From: Candidatus Methanoxibalbensis ujae
GTDB lineage: Archaea; Halobacteriota; Syntropharchaeia; Alkanophagales; Methanospirareceae
NCBI GenBank assembly: GCA_026134085.1
Contig: JAOQIN010000018.1
Span: 1 to 33,718 of the forward strand
DNA: 33,718 bases
Reading direction: 5' to 3'
Under the pieces are notes generated by a model. That model was not told the DNA's origin. It searched no databases and saw only the letters and a list, made by a program, of their open reading frames with translations. Positions 27,769 through 33,718 of this stretch are shown in pieces (position 1 is the stretch's first letter; each line of letters begins with the position of its first letter). Position numbers and translations under genes: made by a program.

Positions 27769-28767
27769 ATGATTTTCATAGGTGTGGACCACGGCACCAC
27801 GGGTATCAGATTTGCGTGTATATCCGAAGGAGCGAGGGAGGCAGTTTATGAGCTCTCACGCGAAGATGCTGCGGGAATGAGCACACATGAAATCATGAAT
27901 GCGATAGAGAAAGGGCTGAACATATCATTTGATGATGTGGGACTGGTGGCACTCACATACTCAATGGGCGACGGCATCTCTCATGTAACAGATATACGCT
28001 CCGTTCCTATGAGAGGGCTTCGTGAGGAAGAAACCGCGGCAGGAAAGCGGGTGGGAGGCGGCACTCGTGTGTTTGATGCTTTCAGGTCATCGGATATGCC
28101 TGTTGTCCTCATTCCTGGAATTCATGCTGATTTGGAATGTGTTGACTGGCGAATGCGGTTCCTGTCACACGGTGCAAGCCCCGATAAAGTGTGCGTCGCA
28201 TATCACATATTCAAAAGAGGATACAGGAATTTCGTGTTCGCTGACATAAGCTCAAACACAGTCTCAGTTGCTGTTGCGGAAGGCAGGATAAAAGGTGCCA
28301 TTGACGCATGCATATTTGCTCCTGGACTCATACACGGACCACTTGACCTTCAGCTGCTGCGAGATGTTGAGAGAGGCAGGATGAGCGCAAACGAGGCCTT
28401 CTCAAACGCAGGCGTCCTCCGCAAGTTCGGATTCAGGCGGGGAATTGAGAGAGACAAAGCCTTTGAGACAATTGCGTTGTTCGCTGCAATGGAAATATCA
28501 GCACTACTCGTCTTCCTTCGCTCACTGCAAACGCACTCCTCACCGCAAGCGGCGCATGTGTTTCTTACAGGCTCAGTCGGTGAGAGCGAATGGATGAGAA
28601 AACGCATAAGCGAGATACTGAAATCCGGATGGGATGAGTGCCGTGTGCACAAAGTCTCAAAGAACAGTGCCGCCATAGGTTGTGCGGAGATCGCAAGAGA
28701 TGTTTTCAACGGCGAGGTGAATATACTCGGAATCCCGGTATGCAGACAAATGCCTCGCAGATTTTGA
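27769..28767 (+). CDS. Methanogenesis marker 12 protein (UPF0285, ASKHA fold)
   Basis: FIGVDHGTTGIRF, YSMGDG, GGGTRVFD, DISSNTV, GAIDACIFAPGLIHGPLD; start after AAGGAG. Confidence 0.88.
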   Translation: MIFIGVDHGTTGIRFACISEGAREAVYELSREDAAGMSTHEIMNAIEKGLNISFDDVGLVALTYSMGDGISHVTDIRSVPMRGLREEETAAGKRVGGGTRVFDAFRSSDMPVVLIPGIHADLECVDWRMRFLSHGASPDKVCVAYHIFKRGYRNFVFADISSNTVSVAVAEGRIKGAIDACIFAPGLIHGPLDLQLLRDVERGRMSANEAFSNAGVLRKFGFRRGIERDKAFETIALFAAMEISALLVFLRSLQTHSSPQAAHVFLTGSVGESEWMRKRISEILKSGWDECRVHKVSKNSAAIGCAEIARDVFNGEVNILGIPVCRQMPRRF

Positions 28768-28788
28768 GTTTTATCTTCCCGTTGCTTG

Positions 28789-30081
28789 CAAGACCCCATG
28801 CGTAAGGGGATACGCAAAGGGAGGTGGGGGGTAGTTAAGTTTAAATTAGAAACTAATAAGCCTTAGGGATGTTCCCATGAGAAAGGAAGTTCAACTAACT
28901 GTGGTAGGAAAGGTTTTCAGACCGAACAGGAAGAAGGTTTTAGCCCTGAACTGTTTGGAAGAATATTTTAAGCTTGTGAAGTTGCATCTTAGCCTCAATT
29001 CAACATCAAAGACATTCTTGCACAGAAACACCTATGAAAAAGCAAAACAACTATTCAACCTGAACACAGCCCTAATTCAGACAGCAAGAGATAAAGCTGT
29101 AGAAATCCTAAAGAGCTTCAACGAAAAGAAGAAAGAAGGCAAGGTTAAGACTGAGAGACCAAAGCTAAAGAGAATTTCAATCCGCTTTGACAAGCGTTGC
29201 TTTTGCTAAAACAACAAATAAGCTAACTCCCTATTGGCTAACTCTAATAATCGTAAAGAGAGAGTAACTTTGCAGTTTTCGGTAAAAAACAGCAAAAGTG
29301 AAGAAACCTTACAAGGAAAGTGGCAGTTCTGCACTGTTGAAATGCTAAAGAGAAACGGGGAGTGGTATGCTCATTTTGTCCTTAGGAAAGAGGTTGAGCT
29401 AATCGATGAACCAGAAACTTGGTATAGATTTGGGTGAGCGGAATGTTGCTACTGCTGTTGCCATCTCCAAGCAAAATCCTAAACCAATGAAGGGTAAATT
29501 CTGGAGCGGAGCAAAGATAAGGGAAATTAGAGGAAAATATGCACACATCAGAAGGAATTTGCAGAGAAAGAAAAGATTGGACTTGGTTAAGCAGATTGGT
29601 CATAAGGAGAAAACAATAGTAAACCAACAACTGCACATAATAGCAAATGAAATCATAGCCTACGCTAAACAGTTCGAAAAACCAGTAATAGCTATGGAGA
29701 AGCTTGATGGAATTAGAGAGAACATGAACGGTTCAGCTAAGCTAAACAGAAGGTTACATACTTGGAGCTTTCAAAAATTACAGCAATACATTGAATACAA
29801 AGCTAATTTAGAGGGAATTCCCATAGTATATGTTAACCCAAAGAATACTTCAAAAAGATGTTATAGATGCAGGCATGTTGCCCAAGTCAATGGAAGAGAA
29901 TTTAGATGTCCAAAATGTGGTCTGGTCTACAATAGAGACTTGAATGCTACAATAAACATAGCCCATGCCTTAAAGAGAGGGGATGGGGGAGCTGTGAACC
30001 CCCTGAACTCCCAGATGAAGTCCTGATGCAAAGTCAGGATGGAACGGGAGAAGCCTCGTCCGTAAGGGCGGGGTAGTTCAC
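28789..30081 (+). mobile_element. Non-autonomous IS200/IS605 (IS1341-like) element, tnpB only
   Basis: Left end gacccc...cgtaagggg...ggggggtagttaag and right end gaagcctcgtccgtaagggcggggtagttcac around a tnpB; no tnpA. Left boundary approximate. Confidence 0.8.
28877..30026 (+). pseudogene. tnpB: Frameshifted TnpB (three fragments)
   Basis: ORFs 28877-29209, 29234-29437 and 29406-30026 are consecutive pieces; RuvC motifs GIDLGERN, IAMEKL, NRDLNATINI and zinc finger CYRC...CPKC. Confidence 0.9.
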
Positions 30082-30096
30082 TTGCTGCATTCGCGC

Positions 30097-31122
30097 TCAT
30101 GACAGCGCCCTTATCAGATTGATTATTGCTGTTAAGATGTCATCAATGGTTATGCCAGTTATGCCATCAACAGCATCCGTTGGATTTCTGTCTGTTGCGA
30201 TGTTTGGGTTTGTTGCGATGTTTGTGTTCATGTCTGAGGAAGGCGAATTGGATGCTGTTGTTGTGATGCATAGATTTTCTGTTTCGTGATTGTTCAAGCC
30301 GTTTTTGAATGTTGCTTTGAAGCATATCATTCCGGTGCCTTTTATATCCGTGTAAAAGTGTGCTTTTTCGGCCTTACCCGCGGGGATATCGCCTATATAA
30401 ACTGTTTTATTGTGATCCGCTATTTCAATGTTCTCCTCGCTGACAACCTCAACAAACACTGAGCTCACATCGCATATGCCTCTGTTCACAACTTCAACCT
30501 CTATGACCTCCGGCGAGATTTGCTTTGCAAGTATTCTAAGCGGATCACCGCAGACGACCACGGGAACCCAGTATCTGATGTCCCTGCCGCATCCTCTGTC
30601 ATCTGCACATTCCACTTTACCGATGAACTTGAGCATGTATATGCCCTCTCTCGCAGGAGCTTTTATCTTGAAGGCGAGCTCGGTCTCCTTACCGGGACCG
30701 ACAACTTCCGCCGCAGAATATCTGTTGTAAACTTTGAAATCTCTCTCAACTATGTATGCTTCGCTTATCAGCGCATTCATTGAGTATGTTGTTGTGGTTT
30801 CAATATCAAATTTGTAATCATTATGGCTTTCTTCAAGCATGTTTATCCTTTTATCCACAGGTGAATCCTGTGCGTTTTCAAGCGTTATCCTGAGCACTCC
30901 AACATCTCCCGTCATGAAAACCTCGGGATCGGTCTCATATCCGGTGACTGTGAGCGCTGGAACTGGGTCGGGAGCAGTATCACATTTTTCCAGCATGTCA
31001 TACACGCCCTCCGCCTCGCCTGCCGCTGTGCTCATTGTGCTGAGAACTGTGCTTGTTATGCTGATTATGCTGAGAACAATCAGAAATATAATACTCCTGC
31101 GAAACAGCTTACAAAACAACAT
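30097..31122 (-). CDS. Secreted CARDB/COG1361 S-layer-domain-like protein
   Basis: N-terminal hydrophobic helix, DPEVFMTGDVGVLRITLEN, EVVNRG, YIGDI, FKNGLNNH. Confidence 0.7.
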   Translation of the reverse strand: MLFCKLFRRSIIFLIVLSIISITSTVLSTMSTAAGEAEGVYDMLEKCDTAPDPVPALTVTGYETDPEVFMTGDVGVLRITLENAQDSPVDKRINMLEESHNDYKFDIETTTTYSMNALISEAYIVERDFKVYNRYSAAEVVGPGKETELAFKIKAPAREGIYMLKFIGKVECADDRGCGRDIRYWVPVVVCGDPLRILAKQISPEVIEVEVVNRGICDVSSVFVEVVSEENIEIADHNKTVYIGDIPAGKAEKAHFYTDIKGTGMICFKATFKNGLNNHETENLCITTTASNSPSSDMNTNIATNPNIATDRNPTDAVDGITGITIDDILTAIINLIRALS

Positions 31123-31420
31123 TTCGCATCACTTCACGATACACGATGCATTTATACAGCTTCTCCTGCCTCAGTCTATTGAGCTTCGATAAGTGAATGC
31201 CTCCTGTACCATCCTCCTTCATCGCTTTGTTTGCCACTTCAATCAAACGATTGTGGAGCAGTCCGCACTCAAGCTGTTCTTGCGGTTCGGCTTCTGTGGC
31301 TTTTGAGGGACAGATTCCGAACTTGCGGCTGAGCATTTGAGCTATCTGATCATTGAAACTATAAATAAACAGATCAAATTCACTGCTTCCACTCTTATGC
31401 AGAGACGATATATATTATGC

Positions 31421-32146
31421 ATGGATGTGCTGCGTGTGCATTTTCGCCTGAAGGAGACCTCGGTATGGATAACAGCGGAGGACGAAAGACATGTTGAAGC
31501 AGCCGAGGATGCGCTGATAGAGCATCGCAGGCATCTTGAGTCCTATGTCAAGCGGAATCCGTTTTTTCTCATCACGATTGAACGCTACACATATGATGAG
31601 CGTGAGTGGGATGAGATGCCCGATGTTGTGAGGAGGATGGTCTCCGCTGCGAACAAATTCAACATAGGACCCATGTCAGCAGTTGCAGGAGCGCTTGCTG
31701 AGCTCGCGGTTGAGCGTATGAGGGATGAAGGTGCATCATTCGCAATCGTTGATAACGGAGGAGATATTGCAATTCTCACAGATAGAGAGGTGCTTGTTGG
31801 CATTTATGCGGGTGATGACAACCCATTTTCAGGTAAAATTGCCATAAGAATAAGGTCTGGCGATAAAATCATAGGAGTGTGCACATCTTCTGCAACTGTA
31901 GGGCATTCAATCAGCTTCGGAAACGCAGATGCAGCAACTGTCATAAGTGATGGCGCCTCACTCGCAGATGCAGCCGCCACCGCACTGTGCAATGCGACAT
32001 CCGATGTTTCATCTGTCAGGCGCGCATTCAATGTCGTCAGAGGCATAGACGGCATTCGGGGCGCACTTGTGATAATCGGAGATGTGCTCGCGAAATGGGG
32101 AAATGTTGAAATCGTCAGGACAAACAACAGCGCTCCATTACAGTGA
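31421..32146 (+). CDS. UPF0280 family protein (ApbE superfamily)
   Basis: LKET, GPMSAVAG, VDNGGDI, GVCTSSATVGHSISFGNADAATV, ADAAATALCN; start set at MDVLRVHF. Confidence 0.9.
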   Translation: MDVLRVHFRLKETSVWITAEDERHVEAAEDALIEHRRHLESYVKRNPFFLITIERYTYDEREWDEMPDVVRRMVSAANKFNIGPMSAVAGALAELAVERMRDEGASFAIVDNGGDIAILTDREVLVGIYAGDDNPFSGKIAIRIRSGDKIIGVCTSSATVGHSISFGNADAATVISDGASLADAAATALCNATSDVSSVRRAFNVVRGIDGIRGALVIIGDVLAKWGNVEIVRTNNSAPLQ

Positions 32147-32150
32147 GATG

Positions 32151-32360
32151 TTAGAAATCCTCTGCGCAAACAGGATGTCCTTCTCGCAGAAAGTGCAGCC
32201 GCAGGTGAAAGGAATGCTCTCCGAAAAGTGGAATGGTATCCTCAGCTTCGCCCCTCTTCAAGACCGCTCTCACCCTGCTGAAATCAACGACCAAGTCAAG
32301 TCTCCTCTCCTTCTCCCTCTTCACCCTCTTCAGCTCCTCAACTAGCGGCTCTATATCCAT
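32151..32360 (-). pseudogene. Truncated virus/plasmid-type protein (DUF932-like N-terminus)
   Basis: LVEELKRVKREKERRLDLVVD...IPLFGEH resembles N-termini of DUF932-like proteins; short, and lies with other mobile remnants. Confidence 0.3.
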
Positions 32361-32466
32361 CTTTTTTGCTCACTCTCCTCCCTGAAGCCAGCCAATAAGC
32401 TCGCTTCAAGAAGGAATCAGCACTCAATAATCTCCAATCTCCTGCCAAAGAGCCATATCTGCTTCC

Positions 32467-32793
32467 TCACACACTTCGGTTATTTCCTTCAGCTTCCTTA
32501 TCTCCTCTTTCAGATGCTTTTTTCCGCTTTTCACCCTCAAAAAAAGATTTCTGAACTTTAAATGACAACAACATCAGGAGATTTTGAACCTGCTGACCTG
32601 AACACAATATAACCCCTCTTCCTAAGCTCGTGAACAGCTCTAATTTGATGTAGCCTTGTAATTCATACCTTTCCAAAATGTCTTTTAATCCCTCAATTCC
32701 CGGCATTCTTTTATCATCAAAGCCCCCTAATAACTGAAAATATGAAAAAGACCTCTCTTTACCTCTTTCAACAATTGAAATCGCCCTCATCAC
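32467..32793 (-). CDS. Hypothetical protein, likely of mobile-element origin
   Basis: 108-aa ORF co-oriented with the Rep remnant; purine-rich coding bias. Confidence 0.4.
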   Translation of the reverse strand: MMRAISIVERGKERSFSYFQLLGGFDDKRMPGIEGLKDILERYELQGYIKLELFTSLGRGVILCSGQQVQNLLMLLSFKVQKSFFEGEKRKKASERGDKEAEGNNRSV

Positions 32794-33022
32794 AGCCCTT
32801 TCCCCATACCTCTTGAGAAGCTCTGAAATCTATCTCTTCATCGCTTAAGAAATTCTCCTGAAATACTCACTGATAAAGAAAGAAATTTTCTTTCCTTCAT
32901 TTTTTTCTTTTTTTCATTGTTTTCTTTAGATTTTCTCCTTTCTTTCTCTGAAGGGACTTTCAAGCAATCATTTGTCATATTTCTTGTGAAACCTCTTTCG
33001 CATTTTTTGCTCGAGATTCGCC

Positions 33023-33358
33023 CTAATGTGAGAAATTCAGGTCCTTTCTCACGACTTTTGACATATCTTTTGCTTCAACATTCCACTCATTCGCATCGTT
33101 TATCCAGTAGATTTTCCTTTCACTGTCAAAATTTAAGATTTTTAAAGAGCAAATCTTCTCAATCTCTCGCTTCACATGCCTCCTGTCAATCCCTGCAACC
33201 TTGAAATCTTTCCTTTCAAGCAGAGCATAGTTTTTCTGGCATCCTGAAGAAAGCCTCAAAATCAGCAGAATTATCCTGATTTGCCTTTTCGCTAAATCCG
33301 ATGTGATCAATTTTTCAAGAATTCTGTTATCTACTTTTGTGAATCCCATCGTTTTCAT
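33023..33358 (-). pseudogene. Phage lambda O-like replication protein N-terminal domain (truncated)
   Basis: GFTKVDNRILEKL...LAKRQIRIILLILRLSSGCQK...YWIND..EW pattern of Phage_rep_O; downstream purine-rich sequence has stops. Confidence 0.6.
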
Positions 33359-33560
33359 ACGATTTTAATCGGTTAAATACGGTTGTCAGGAGAGTTCATT
33401 GTTGCCGAGAATGCATCCATAAAGGAGGGTTGTTTGTGATAGCTTTCAGCAAAATTTTTTAAATTGAACATTCTATTAATGAGGCAGATAGCTCGGCGAC
33501 ATCCCGAACAGATGAGCGCCGAATCACAGCAGTGTGAGAGAGGAGTATAAGGTGGTAGAA

Positions 33561-33718
33561 ATGGAATTAAAGATATTAAATTGGAGATGCATAGCAGATG
33601 AAAAAATAGAATTAAGCGAAAAAATCAATATATTCTTTGGAAAAAATTCCACAGGGAAATCCAGCGTCGCTTATGCGATTTATATGCTCGGTCGTTTGCA
33701 TGAAAAAGATCCAGAGAG
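33561..33718 (+). CDS. AAA/ABC-type ATPase, N-terminal part (runs off the window)
   Basis: MELKILNWRCIADEKIELSEKINIFFGKNSTGKSS (Walker A); RBS AAGGTGG. Confidence 0.8.
   Translation, partial: MELKILNWRCIADEKIELSEKINIFFGKNSTGKSSVAYAIYMLGRLHEKDPE

Noticed and set aside
28877..30026. Cas12f/Cas14 CRISPR effector
   Set aside because: No array or cas1/2 nearby, and it is flanked by IS200/IS605-type ends, so TnpB is the better call.

Overview
Archaeal accessory region from an MCR/ACR-type organism. Methanogenesis marker 12, UPF0280 and GGAGG/GAGGTG ribosome-binding sites support this; an ANME-1/Methanophagales-like lineage is only my inference. From left to right: (1) a decayed IS200/IS605 tnpB element that truncates a secreted-protein gene; (2) an R.PabI-type (HALFPIPE DNA glycosylase) restriction module with two methyltransferases, bracketed by integron attC-like hairpins and an inverted repeat; (3) a secreted DUF4350-like protein and a C25 peptidase; (4) the main candidate for a new system, a minus-strand RiPP-like cluster split by an oppositely oriented C1A protease. 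Its order is MinD/ParA ATPase, RRE-M50 peptidase, radical SAM/SPASM, NHLP-clan precursor (ending SKTCVARYGV), geranylgeranyl reductase, class I isoprenoid-synthase-fold protein, [C1A protease], YcaO, a 17-codon precursor-like remnant, DUF2180, winged-helix protein, and a Cache-HAMP receptor with no output domain. This suggests a cross-linked, isoprenylated peptide coupled to a sensing module. (5) A third attC-like site with a restriction-modification remnant, an Fe-S-binding protein, BtuCD-like ABC genes, marker 12, a frameshifted tnpB element, a secreted protein, UPF0280, proviral or plasmid remnants and a partial AAA ATPase. I saw no rRNA, tRNA, CRISPR array or integron integrase. All family calls come from motif recognition and memory, not database searches.
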